Shown: positions 25,260-38,366 of the stretch, piece after piece
Position numbering within the stretch: position 1 is the stretch's first letter
Layout: each line of letters starts with the position of its first letter
Source: Neoechinorhynchus agilis
Taxonomy: Eukaryota > Animalia > Acanthocephala
Direction of reading: 5' to 3'
DNA length: 64,000 nucleotides
NCBI GenBank assembly: GCA_051530055.1
Contig: CM121342.1
Coordinates: forward strand, 1,770,797 to 1,834,796
Program-made: the position numbers and the translations under genes
Notes under the pieces: generated by a model
Seen by the model: the letters and a program-made list of their open reading frames with translations, nothing else
What the model was told of the DNA's origin: nothing
Databases searched by the model: none

Positions 25260-28200
25260 TTCTAATTCAACGAGCTAAATGCAACAAGGGATAGGTGATT
25301 TTTGTTGTCTAATAAAGCGAAACGCAGTATTGGCACGCCGAAACCGCAAAAAGTCACTCGTCGAGCAGGAAATAAAACAGTTGGGCTCATGTAAATGCTA
25401 AGCTTGGTATTTGGAGAAGTGCCTACAGTGCTTTGTTGATGTCTCTACATCTAAATGGCAATTAACGTTCTCACCACAGTCATACTCACAAAGATACCAA
25501 TCTCGCTTTCTAGCATCACTCGCTTTCTGCACAAGGACAAAGCGTCCTTGCATAGAACCGTTGCCAAGGAACAGGTATGAGAAGGACGGGAGTCATGGAA
25601 CTATTGTCCCAAGAGAGAAATTAACGATCCGTCTGACGAGAATGCAAGGGTTTAATGAATATTTCTTTTTAATTTAAAGAGCCCTCTTGTAGTAGTGATA
25701 AAGTACTCTTCGAGAACAAGTAGTCAATTCTGGGAATTGTTAATTTAATAGATTCTGGATCACCATTGTGGCTCCGGTTTCGTCGAAAGCCTCCTATACC
25801 CGTAGGGAGGCTTTTACATCGACACCCATGGAAATTGCTACTTCAGCTGCATACAAAAAAAGAGATATCCCGCGGCTTTTGGTAAAAAACTTGGAAATGC
25901 TCTTGTTTTCTGCCAACATTCGATTAAGTGAATAACACGCAAGCACGCAAATCAGAAGGGTAAGTGATTTTGAGTGATGGCAGGGCGGGATGGGGAATCG
26001 TCTTTGTATACTTATTCCACCATGATCGAGGAGAAATAGGTTTTTTTATGACCGGAACGACGACGCAGATCTAGACGGAATTTATGTGGATTTCATAAAT
26101 ATTCTCAAAAGAGGGGCGCACTATCTTGAATTCTAGGATGCTTTTTGTCAAATAACACGGTCAATCGGTCTAATTGAGTTCTAATATTAGCGCGAAACGA
26201 GAGCAGATTTTTCTATTTCAAAGGGAATAACACTAGCTTTCAGGAAAAGTACATTGCTAGCCGACAATTTATCTTCTTTGCTTTTAGGCCTCGTCTCTCA
26301 CATTTTCTGCTTCATTGACAGTAATAAGCCATAAATCCCGCGGAGGGCGTGACTGTCTCCTAGAAAATAAATTAAAAAATCCAACAATTTTAAAAGCGAA
26401 TTAATTCAATTAAAAGTGTCGAGGCTTAGCCTGCGAGGTGTCTCTTGGGAATGGCCGTTTCAATTTTGTACCTTATTTTCTTGATTACTATGTAACAATG
26501 GAGCTCATTGGCCAGTCGTCCTTTTCGGTTGAATTAACCAGAAGATTTCAAAAGAGGAATCTTCTATTTCCAAGATGACAATGGTGGCAAAATGTTCTCT
26601 TGTCATTCATCTCTTCCATGCACTCGTTCTCATCCACTTTTCACACACACGCACACGACGACTACAGAGGCAGCCGGATGCTCATTTGCGATTTGCAACA
26701 CTGAAGGAAAGGCGTATCAAGCTGCTACAAGCAGAAATCGATAAAGCATGAAATGCAAAGTGTCGGGATAGATCACATATACAAATAAACCGAAATATAT
26801 CCATTTCAACACTCAAAACGAAGATAGATTGACACACGCATGAACAGTGCTCGCGTTTTACTCACGTGCTCCATTTGGTGTGTCAACACGACCTTGAGAA
26901 TCCACCGATGCCTTAAGAAAACCGTCGATCAATTCTATTGCTTTTTGATTTTAAGATTCCAGTTGTGCTTTGGGAGGCAGGAAGGGGCTGAAACAATCTG
27001 TAACAATGGAAACAAGACACGAATCGTCCAATTAAAATCTTTAGTATCATTCGAATGCACATGACCGATTCTTAAGCATTAAAGACAAAGAGCTCAGAGC
27101 ATGGAACGTGAATATTTTGATAAGTTCTTATTATAGCCAATGTGCTCACCATATGCAAAGCGAGAAACTTAGATACCGATGATTGGGTAAAAGGTAAAAA
27201 AGTATTAAAGGTCACCTTTTATAGTCACTTAAGAGGTTGTGAATATGCATAAAAATAGCGTATCTAGGAAAAATCAGAACTTCATTTGCAATATCTCGAG
27301 CATCTACAGACATTTGGTTCCGCATATGTTTAAGGAACACATAAATGACATATTATCTTCGATTTTCTTAACAGACACTTAACTAAATTGACTCGCATAT
27401 GAGAAATCAATAACGAAAATTTAATCAATTTTTTAATAAAAATGAGAAAATATTTTTGCAACAATCATTTAGGATCTGCGGACAATCCAAATAAAAAATC
27501 CACTTTTGATCAGTACAATAATATATTCGATGGTACCAATGGTGAACCAACAATTGAAAATTAGAAGTTTATAGTTTTTCGAAAATACAGACAGCAAATT
27601 TTTTTACAAATATATCGTCTTTAAGAGCTAATTGACGGGTGTACCTTCCTCCAGAAGTAATTTTTGAAAAATAGTGAAAAAAATATACAATTAAATCATA
27701 CTGCAGATTCTCGAATTCATCCCGGTTTCCGATCATCTCGAGAGTTTGTGAGTGAATGGCTGATATCTTCATAAGACGTCTTCGTTTTGCATATTACCTG
27801 TCGTTCTATTTCCGTCAATGTCAAACGGGATTGCCTCAGGGACTTAGAGGCGATCGTCTGACTCGATATTAAGGCGAAAATACAGAGAATCTTGCAGTTG
27901 TGATGGGTGATGATCGTTTTTTACCGTGAGTTTCATAAAATTCCTGCGTAGAAGTTGATTGGGCGAAGATATCACTTTCTTATACGAAATTTTGAGCTTA
28001 TTGGAATTGAAGCAGGTCCAAATGTGACTTAAAACTGAGTTTTCCAAATGGAGGCATGCATTTATAAATCGCTACCCTCTTATATTTTACATAATATCAC
28101 TACCACCGTTGTAGATAAGCGAGAAATTTACTCTGTAGATCTCGTTCTAAGTATCCATTATACCGATACTAACAACTAAATGCTCAATAAAAATGTTTTC

Positions 28201-28339
28201 AGTTTAGTAATTTCGGATAACATTAAGGTTGAAATGGCAAACGATAGATGGTATTATCTGATAAAACTCACGCAATTCACATCACCTACTAAGAGAGAGA
28301 AGTTTTACCATTGCTTCCGCTAATAGCGGAATCATTGTC

Positions 28340-29333
28340 GATTAGTCCCGACTCTAGAAATGAATCTTCTGTTTCGCCTGTAAAGAAACTGAGTTCTCAC
28401 AGAGTTACACAATTTAAAAAGTAGAACACTTATTCACGCGAGTGATTATGTAGAATCAAGTAATTTAATAAGTTCGGCCCTATAGTGCTTCGATGTTTTT
28501 TTCTTTTTCACGCGGTGAAAAAAGCACGAATGCTAAAACTCTTGATAAAAAACTTTTTGTCTCGTCCGTCAAGAAACTGATTTTTCACCAAGTTAAAAAC
28601 CTTAAAAGTAGCAAATTTTTCACTCGAATGACTATGAAGAATCAAGTAATTTGACAGGAAAGTTCGGCTTTTTAATGTCTCGATTGTTTCTCTCTTTTTA
28701 AGTTATGAAAACAAAGCATGAATTCTATAACGTTAGTTAAATAAACTCATTTGTATCTTCCGTCAAGAAACTTATTTTTCACAGAGTTCAATAATTTAAA
28801 AACTGACACTTTTATCGAAAGTGATTACGTAGAATCAAGTTAGCTAATAATAAAGATCTGCCTTCAAGTGCCTCTATTGTTTTGGCTTTTTGACACATTG
28901 AAGGAAAACCCACGAATGCTTTAACGCTTTTTAAATGAACTTTCTATTTCATCAAGAAACTGATTTCTCACAGAATTCAACAATTTAAAAACTAGACAAT
29001 TTTTCACATGAGTTACGATGAAGAATCAAGTAATCCAATAAGAAATTCGGGCCTTCTAATGCCTCGATTTTTTGGTTCCTTTACACAATGAGAAAAAACC
29101 AATTCTACAACTTTTTATAAATGAACTTTTCATTGTGAGTCAAGAAACTGATTAATAGCAGAGTTCGATAATTTATATACTGGCAAACTTTTACCGAGAG
29201 CGACTATTAAGAATCAAGTAATCTAATACGAAATTTCGGACTTATAGTACCTCGATTGTTAATCACCCTTTACATGGTGAGAAAAAAACATGAAGGCTAC
29301 GACGCTCGGTAAATTAACTTTTTCTCGTGAGTC
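28340..29333. repeat. 190-bp tandem array, left block (5 units)
   Basis: The AAGAAACTGA-like anchor recurs at 28383, 28571, 28765, 28954 and 29142 (spacing 188-194). Each unit carries GAATCAAGT. Confidence 0.95.
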
Positions 29334-29680
29334 AAACCACCACCGACAACACCAATGCCACCATCGACGACACCGATGCCACTACCGACGCCACCGCTGC
29401 CACCACCACCACTGACGACACCGATGAAACCACTACCGATGACACCGATGCCTCCACCACCGACGCCACAGATGCCGCCACCACCGACGCCACCGATGCC
29501 ACCACCACCGACGACATCGATGCTTCCAACAAAGACGACGACACCGATGCCACCACCACTGACGACACCGATGAAACCACTACCGACGACACCAAAGCCT
29601 CCACCACCGACACCACCGATGCCGCCACCGACGACGACACCGATGCCACCACTACTGACGACACCGATGCCCACAATATG
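29334..29680. repeat. (ACC/GAC/GAT)-based minisatellite at the 5' end of the CRE insertion
   Basis: About 24-30-nt units such as ACCACCACCGACGACACCGATGCC, open in several frames (TTTDDTDA and poly-Pro/Thr readings). Confidence 0.9.
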
Positions 29681-32439
29681 AAAACGAAAACTTGCCTGCC
29701 CAGTCCGAGCCACGTGAAGAGAACAACGCCGATGTAATTGTTTTAACTTCATCAGCCTAGTGTAACACACGACCGAGCTTCTCAACAGGATTCTGTGAGC
29801 TTTGTGATGGGATTTTCTACCTGACGAAAACAGGAGTTCTTATCGTCCATGGACCCGTAATTGACGCCGCGGCGGTTCTGGTTCACCCCCCTAAGTCCAT
29901 TGATGGTGGTCGCATAAAGCCCATCACCAGTACAAAATGAAATTCCATTTGTAGAGAATATTGTGCGAGTTCTGCCCAGGAACCAGGTCACAAAGAGATT
30001 CACTTCTCTATTGACAGACTGCATCGAGACTAACTCAGAGTTGTCGTGGATGCGTTTCTTTGTGTTCCTTGTTCTAGTATTTTCCGCTGGTGATGTCTCT
30101 AAAGGATCTCTGACCCCAAAAATAAAAGAGTGAATAAGTTCTTTTGACGAAAAGTTTACTCAATGCCTTTCGGCAGCATGCGAGCTACGTAAGGAGTGTG
30201 TCCAGGAGCCTGGCGACCGCCGCAACGCAAGTCAGCCGCTTGCTGGATGCGTTTCTTCGAAGCTCACAGACGGAGATGTCAGAGGAGCAGTTCGTCTTTT
30301 AACATCAATGGGCAGTATCGCCAAAGAAAACGAAGAAACTTTACTAGCTCTTCGTTCCAAACATCCGAGTTATGGCGGTCGGCAGTATTTCGTGAAATCC
30401 TCCTCCTTACATACGATCCCTTATGTTTTATCATCGAAATCAGAGTTGAAGATAGCAATCTCCTCTTTTGCTAACGGGTTAGCTCACGGGCTTGACGAAC
30501 TCTGGCCCCAACACCTAAGGGATATGATTTCCTTTTCAGTAGATGACGCTGCTCAGTCCCTTGAAGATGCATTATTACGCTTAGTTGACCAATTTGCAGG
30601 GGTAGAGCTGATTCCGAAAGCAACTGAGCTATTTTTAGAGGCATTTTTGTGTGCCCTCGCAAAAAAGGAACGTTTGATTCGTCACATTGCAATTGGAACA
30701 ACTCTGCGCCGCTTAACAGCAAAAATTTTAAATAAAAGGGTCAAGGAAAAAGTAAGGATGCTGTATCGCCCTACTAAGTTAGGCTGCTGTACACCTTGTG
30801 GCGCAGATGCGATTGTTTATTCACTCCGCACGTTTATCACCGAAAACTCAAAACCGTGCGTGGTCTTGAAATGTTATTTCAAAACTACATTCATCACAGT
30901 TCTTTGAGCAAATTTACCAGAAGTAGTTAGAGATCACGCACTTGAAGCATTTCGCTATTTCGTTAATGCTTATGGGACTTCAACTCCCTTGTTGTTCTAT
31001 AACCACGTTTTGTGGTATGAAAGAGGAATTCAACAAGGGGATCCTATGGACCCAAATGCTTTCTCACTCGCAGTCAATCTGGTCGCGCACTCTCCAGTTC
31101 AGCTTTAACGGCTGGTACCTGGATGATGCCACGCTCGGAGGTAACCCCTCCGAAGTACTGCGCGATTTGGAGACACTCGTGAAGGAGACGGCGAAAATTT
31201 TTCATTGAATCGAATGCTGCGAAATTCGAGATTTTAGTGATGAACGTGGAAGATGAGGCGCATTGGCAAACAATCGTGAACTATTTTCAGAACCTGGCCT
31301 CCTGGATAGAATTGGTAACTCTATACCGGTTGAATCTTGTATTAATCTGTATTTTTAACTCCAACGTTGAAGCAGAGATTGCCAGTCTTCAACCGCAACT
31401 TTCGGTGCCTCTCGAGCTGCAGGACGAGGCCTGGCGTCAAGCGTCCTTGCCTATGTCGTCCGGCGGTTTGGGTATCCAAAAAGCAGCATATATTTCTCTG
31501 CTAGCTTATTTGGGATCGTATGAAGCAAGCCGCAAAATATTTCAATCTTTTCTTGTCGAGAATTACACTTTGGATGAAGATTTCGTGGAGGCTCTTAATC
31601 TTTGGTGTGGAGATTTAGGCAGCGAGCAAGTCCCCGTCAATGGTTGCAAACAATCAGTTTGGGACTCAGCACTGGTAACGAGAATTCATAACTCTTTAAT
31701 TTTAGATTCTCGTTATCTGGTGAACCGAACTCGGTTCGGGTGCTTGGCTCAACGCTTTTCCAATCGCCTCTGTGGGTACCCTTCTCTCCGACTAGACAGT
31801 AAGGATTGCAGTGTCCCTAAGACTTGGGGCACCGATGTGCACATTCCATCGCTGCCGTTGCGGAGCGACCGTGGAACCATCGCCACGCCATGGTCTCATT
31901 TGTCGGCAACAGGATGAATTTGTTCACGACACACCGAAGTGAACCCAATTCATAGTCGTGCCCTAAATACTGTGAATGCGCTCAACATCCTAGAGCCGAC
32001 TCGATGTTCGTAGACCAGACGGTTTCACAATATTCCCGCCTTCTCTGGGACGCCACGTGCATGGACACGCTCGCAGCAAGCAATATAAAATTTGCCACTA
32101 TTAAACCAGGGGAGCAGCAACTGCCGCTGAGAAACTCAAAAAGATTAAATACAGGACCTGAGTCGAAATCGTTATTTTGTTCCCTTTGGCGTCGAGACAC
32201 TCGGGTTGTTTGGTACCGCGGCGATGGACCTGGTCAAGCAATTGTCTAAGAGACTGAGACGAATCACTGGCGATCCGAGAACAGGGGCATTCCTCCTACA
32301 AAACATAAGTCTGGCTGTGCAACGACGGAACGCTGCATCCGTCCTTTCGACCGTTACACCAGGACGGCAGCTGAGTGATCCAGAGCGGTGGTGCGAATAA
32401 TTTCATGCCCGAAAAAGTACGAACTGAAACATGAACTTT
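29334..32439 (+). mobile_element. Near full-length decayed CRE-clade non-LTR retrotransposon inserted in the 190-bp array
   Basis: Zinc knuckle CELCDGIFYLTKTGVLIVHGP, KLTDGDVRGAVRLL...LRSKHP, IRHIAIGTTLRRLTAK, GIQQGDP, WYLDDATLGG, QASLPMSSGGLG, LLWDATCMDTLAAS and FLLQNISLAVQRRNAASV. Multiple frameshifts and stops. Right junction uncertain (32400-32440). Confidence 0.92.
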
Positions 32440-33510
32440 AAGAAAATCAATAATTTCAAAACTAGACAACTTTTCACACGGGTGAGTATGAAGAATCAAG
32501 TAATATAATAAGAAATTTCGGCTTTCTAGTGCCTTTTTTTAGCTCTTTTACACGATGGTAAAAAACACAAATTTTACAACTCTGTATAAATCAACTTTTA
32601 TCCCTCGTGAGTCAATAAACTGATTTCTCACAGAATTCAACAATTTAAAAACTGGCCGACTTTTATCGAGAGTGACTATGAAGAATCAAGTAATCTAATA
32701 AGGAATTCCGGCCTTCTAATGCCTCGATTTTTTGGCTCCTTTACACAATGAGAAAAAACCAATTCTACAACTTTTAATAAATGAACTTTTCCTTGTGAGT
32801 TCGTTCTTGGCGCAAAAAATAAGCATTGCGGTGCAGCGGGGCAATGCGGCTAGCATTTTGGCCAGCGCCGATGAATAGGAGCGTTGAAGAAACTATAAAT
32901 TATGTATGCTTGCTTAAAAATTAAAAAGATTTAAAAAAAAGCCTATTAAAGAAACTTATTAATAGAAGAGTTCGACAATTTAAAAACTGACAAACTTTTA
33001 TCGAGAGCGACTATGAAGAATCAAGTAGTCTAATAAGAAAATTTGGCCTTATAGCACCTCGATTATTTTGGCTTTTTAACAAGGTATGAAAAAATAACAC
33101 GAATTCTACAACTCTTGATAAATGAGCTTTTTCCTCGTGAGTCAATAAACTGATTTCTCACACAATTCAACAATTTAGAAACTGGACAACTTTTCACTCG
33201 AGTCAGTATGAAGAATAACGTAATCTAATAAGAATTTTCGACCTTCTAGTGCCTCGATTTTTTTGGCTCTTTAACACGGTATTGAAAAAGCACAAATGCT
33301 CTAACACTTGATAAGTGAACGTTTTCCTCGTGAGTAAAGATAACTGAGTTATCACCGAATTAAATAATTTAAAAAAACAACCCAACTTCTATCGAGGGTG
33401 ACTATAAAGAATTTAGCAATTAAATATTAAAGTTCTGCCTTATTGCGCCTCGATATTTTTGGCTCTTTAACACAGAATGAAAAAAACACGAATGTTCCAA
33501 CGCTTAATTT
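32440..33510. repeat. 190-bp tandem array, right block (5 units, interrupted at 32801)
   Basis: Anchors at about 32440, 32614, 32949, 33144 and 33336; same unit as the left block. Confidence 0.93.
32801..32948 (+). mobile_element. 5'-truncated CRE-clade insertion (C-terminal codons, 3' UTR, A-run)
   Basis: Translates SFLAQKISIAVQRGNAASILASADE*, followed by an AT-rich 3' UTR and an A8 run at 32933-32940. Flanked by the two halves of a 190-bp unit junction. Confidence 0.88.
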
Positions 33511-34604
33511 TTATTCTGTGGCCTTGCCGTTTTATGTTGATAGGTATCTCGTTATTGTCAGCAACAATCAATCGAAGTTTATTGTAAGGTTTAAGTTCGA
33601 ATTTACAGGTTGCTAGTAAGGACAACATTTTTTAAATCGAACTAGAGATTATGTTTAATTGACTCTTAAATCAAAGTTTAGTTCTGTAGATAATTACAAT
33701 CCGCACTTCCCTCGATGTTTGCATGGTTAATTTAACGATAAAAAATTAAGGAATTTTTTATCAATGTTTATTTAATCGATTTCTGAATCAAATTGTAAAA
33801 CAATGAAAATATAGTTAGTGGGATTATTGATGGTAAAAATTATCATTAGTTTAAATTTTTCCTTTTTTGATTTACGTACAACATAACGCGTCTGAAGATA
33901 GGTTTCTCATAATCTTATACAAAGCTTAAATAATTTCGTGTCGCAAAAAGGCAAACATTTGTACTCAGAAATGCTTCTTTTCACGACTTTCTAGAATTCT
34001 GGAAGTTGCTTTTGATCTCCGACTCTTGCAATTACTTACAGGATAATTGTAAGAATGCGCAGCGGAGAATGCTTCATTAATAAACATAGTTTAATCGGCA
34101 ATGAGCATTGTATTTTTCTTTGTAGACAAAAAATTTAAGTTATTTTTCCCTTTAAATACAACCTATCAAAAGTGGAAAATTTTCATAGATCAAACAAATA
34201 TTTCAGCTTTATTGCCTATTGGAAATTCCTTTAGTTTTTGTAAAACAAAATCTCTCAACGATCCGCGCTTTATTCGAACAACGCTAAGAGCAATACATTA
34301 CTTTCACAAATGCACTTAATGAGCGTAAGAAGCCTTTATCCCCCGCAAATATCACTCCAACAGCGTAACCTCGCATTTAAGACAACAGTGCCACACGCTC
34401 TCAAACCCAAAATCATTCGTTTCAAACTCGCGTAACCTACCAACGATTTGTGTACCAAGAATGGTGTTTATATTACCTTTAATAATCTGTAATAAACCGC
34501 CTACAAAACTTTTAGTACAAGTGTTTTTCTAACACACTGCAGTTATATTTTTGCTCAGTTTAAAACTGCATTGGCATCTCATCCAACCAAAGCCGTACTG
34601 CAGA

Positions 34605-36472
34605 ATGATTTTTGTCACATATTTTGCCATTGTTTGTGTTTCGGTGGTTACTTTTGCAAAGGTGAGATAGTACGATGAGTTCTGTCTATTGACACATTCA
34701 ACCAGCATTCTCAGATATTATTCAAAAATATAAACGAAAAGCTTGCATTTGGACAAATCGGTGGATTGGCTTTTACAAACGACAATCGATTAGTCGTATT
34801 CCATCGTGCCAATAGAAAATGGGACAAAATGTGTTTGATTGCCATTGTATTTAATGTGTTGATGATGGCGAATTTTAGGGACCTTAAAGATCTTAAACCA
34901 ATCTCAAGAAATGTTGTAACTGTTTTCATGCAAAATACGACTAATTCTATTCACTTCAATTGGGGAAAGTATAAGTAAGCTTTTTGGAGAAACTGGTTTA
35001 AGGTGGTGATTTTAACGAAAATTTCTTTGTCCAAAATGATATCAATAGCTTTATTTAAAAAGTTTAAGTGACAGCGCGGCCGACGATTATTAAAAATTCG
35101 CAAGTGGAAACGGAGATCGCATACTTTGCTCGCGCCTAATTTTAGTATTATAGCAATATCTTGAAATCGAGCAATGAAACATCCCAAAAGAGTAAATAAA
35201 ATTTTTATCTGCTTAAAAATGGAATTAATAATCTTAAAATCAGAAGCTCCGCCATTTGTTTGATCACAAAAAAGGAATATTCGTTTATGTAGGAGAAATA
35301 AATCGTGCTCTTCACGCACAACAAATGCAAATCGCCTTTCGTTTTTCAAGTCAAAGCTTTATCTGAAAAACTATTTAGATTCGTTATGCCTCACGGGCTC
35401 GAAGTGGACAAGCAAAACAATTTATGGCTTACCGACTCTTTATTAAATTCGGTAAACACACTCTATTTAGTTTAAACAAATTGAATTTAACTTCAGACAT
35501 ATAAATACACTCTTGAAGGAAAACTGGTATTAAAAGCAAATGACTTTTGTGGTCCAACCGACATTTCTACCGTTCACAATGATCCAGAGGATCTCTACTC
35601 TGAATGCTTGTATGTTGCAGACGGTTATTGTAATCACCGAATCGTCAAAATGAATGCAACAAACGGAAAATTTATCGATATCTTTGAAATTCCGATTGTT
35701 TCACAGCAAAATCCAGTTATCCATAGCATCGTGGCTTACATTAGCGATTTTTCAGGATTAGTTACAATCTGTGTTTCTATCAGAGATCAAGGAAGGTAAG
35801 TCACTAGATGGGAAATGGATATGTTTTTTCAAAAATCTTACAACTAAATCCAGGCTTACATTTTTAGTAAATTGTAAATTTAAGAGAAATGCTTGTCGCC
35901 GTTTCTTAATGAAACGAAGAAATTTCCACAAAATCTGTGGATACGCTTTTAGTTTGATCAAGCAATTAAAGTTTAACAGCGACATTAAAACTTTTGATTT
36001 CAACGTGAGCTAATTCGTTTAATTATCCATACGATCGCATTTTAGAGTACTTTGTATCCTTGAAGATGACAATTTGGGATTTTCTAGTGCTGGGGTAGTT
36101 ATTGAACCAACGTTTAACGATCCCGTTCGAGTGTTTTCCGTGAGATATCTCGGGGGACCTGAACCGATGATTTTATTACTAAGTGGAGATAAATCATCGA
36201 ATCTATGGACAGTGAGCGACGAAGACATTCAAAAAGCCTTCAAGAGCACTGGAACTCGTAGAGTCATAAGAAAAGGAGAAAAAATCGACATGGTATGTTT
36301 TAAGACAATTTCTAAGTTTTTTGCAATACCAAATGTATCGTTTCAAAATAAGATGACAGAAATGGCAACTCACGTTTTGGATGCTCACAGTATAGCAGTT
36401 AATAAACACCAACAAACGATGATTATAGGCACTTTGAGCAGACCGTATTTATTCACAGCAACAGATCAGTGA
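34605..36472 (+). CDS. PAL: Stand-alone peptidyl-alpha-hydroxyglycine alpha-amidating lyase (PAL), multi-exon
   Basis: Signal peptide MIFVTYFAIVCVSVVTFAK; GQIGGLAF...VVFHRANRKWD, FVMPHGLEVD...WLTD, FCGPTDI, YVADGYCNHRIVK (catalytic Tyr motif) and DAHSIAV. No PHM domain. Confidence 0.85.
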
Positions 36473-36578
36473 GCGTGTGTGAAAGTATGAATCGGTGTTG
36501 TAGCTGTTTTAAATAAACTTTATTGCCTTACATCGCTCTCCGCAAAATATTCTTTATTGCTCGACAAGCTCTGGACAC

Positions 36579-38366
36579 TCACGGACTAGTCTCGTAGTGC
36601 TTAGTTGGATCATAAAACATTAGTGGTGCCGGTGGATTGAGCGGCGGTTGGGGCGGTTGAGGTGTATTATTTAGGTGCTGGTAAGCGCCCTGGAAATGGT
36701 GTCCGATTGGGATTGGTGGATGTTCACTAGGGAAAAGTAGGGGTGCTGTTGGAGTCGTATGACTTTCTTGAGGTGGCGTAGATTGAATTCCTTGAGATTG
36801 AGGGAACGCCGACGGTTGAAAATTGAACGTATTGGTAGATACTGCTGTTATCGGGGAACTAGAAAGCAGTTCGGTTTGTTGATCTGGCATCTGTATTGAT
36901 TGTGTCACTGAGGACTCCGATGTATTCAAGAAATCTCTTTTGGGCGTAAATAAATTGCAGAATAGTTTTGTGTAGAATTAAACAGTAGATCACATACTGG
37001 GAGTTATTCAGCTAAGAGTTTATCACCAAGTGTGTACAAAATCGAGTTTCATTCACTTATTCCTTAGAATGAAAGATCAACTTCGATGTACAATTCTTAA
37101 ACAGTCAATCAGATCCAAGCATTGTTAAGAAAAGCATAAAAATTAGCATTCATCGAGAGAAAATCCCTGGGGATAATAGAGTTGTACTTGTGATGTTCAT
37201 TATCCCTCATAAAACATATTTTATCTAACACCACTATTATAAAAATTGGTATGTATCGAGCTAAAAGGGAAACCCAAGAAAAAGTCGCTAGTTGAATCTC
37301 AAAAACTATTTATTACATTATCTTGGACGTGACACGACGTCAGTGAAGTGATTTCCTAATTATTTAATTGATATTTATCCACAGGTAGTCAATCACAGTA
37401 TAGCATCAAATTCGAATATTAAAAATGCCTAAATTCACGGTGGATTTTTCGCAATGGTCAATTTCTGCTAATGAGAAATAACTACAGCAAAAAAGAGATT
37501 CCATTATTACTTGCCACTGCATTCTTCAAATTCATCGAATCATCGTTGTTGCTAGTCGATATGTCGTTCGAGAACACAGAGCTAAACTTCTCGTCACTCG
37601 TCCCAACAATCGGGATATGTTTTTCTGGCTTAGCCTGAGCGGGGATTCGATGTAAGTATCCATATGACAATTGACAACCAATAAAACCTGGACCGCCCCA
37701 GTCGCTATTAGGAGTCAGCAAAACCATTCGAGTTTGATCCATAAGATGATTGTAGACATAAAGTCTAATCGTATTTAGATTGTTGTTTTCAATAAATGCA
37801 AAAATATCCTCGGGAGCATGAATATTCGCATCAGCCCCGACAATGTAGTCTTTGTCTGACAAGAGACCCGCATTTGCCGCTGGTGAGCCAGGAATAACGT
37901 CCTGAACGTGCCAAACGGTTTCCTCTAGATTCGAAAATGTGCAGTACCGAATACTGAGACCGAGAAGTCCTCGGCCGCCCCATTGATCGTCCGGAACAAC
38001 GCGGACGACTCGAATATCCCTCGTTTTTATGGAGTAAATGTAAAGACGAATCTCTTGGTTTAAATTGGACTCCAGAATCTTAGATAAAATGTTATTTTCC
38101 TGGTCCTAATTTGAAAATAGAAGAAGATCAGGATTTAAGTTGTTGATTTTAGCTTACCAAGCGGTTTTCATTAGCGCTAACAATAAAATCAAAATACGGT
38201 TCAATTCCGGCGTTGTATCCAGGAGATTTGTCTTGTACCTTGAGAAAAAACGGAATATATAAGGGCAAAAGGGGTTTATAAATACCTGTAAAACATGAAA
38301 CCCTTCAGTGGAGGGGTCAATCTGTGCAGTCTGATTCTCACCCGGCAACGAAGCACCTGAACCCAT
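36579..38366 (-). CDS. GORASP: Golgi reassembly-stacking protein (GRASP55/65)
   Basis: MG start, EGFHVLQ|[60 protein letters not shown], then a Ser/Pro-rich tail. Confidence 0.93.

Noticed and set aside
26829-26886. Pre-miRNA-like hairpin (TTGACACAC/GTGTGTCAA)
   Set aside because: Only 9 contiguous pairs, a poorly paired interior, and no match to a miRNA I recognise.
29297-29785. Gly/Val-rich and poly-Pro ORFs
   Set aside because: Alternative-frame readings of the ACC/GAC minisatellite.
34951-35349. 132-aa minus ORF inside the long PAL intron
   Set aside because: Non-ATG start, no motif, and composition typical of AT-rich noncoding DNA.
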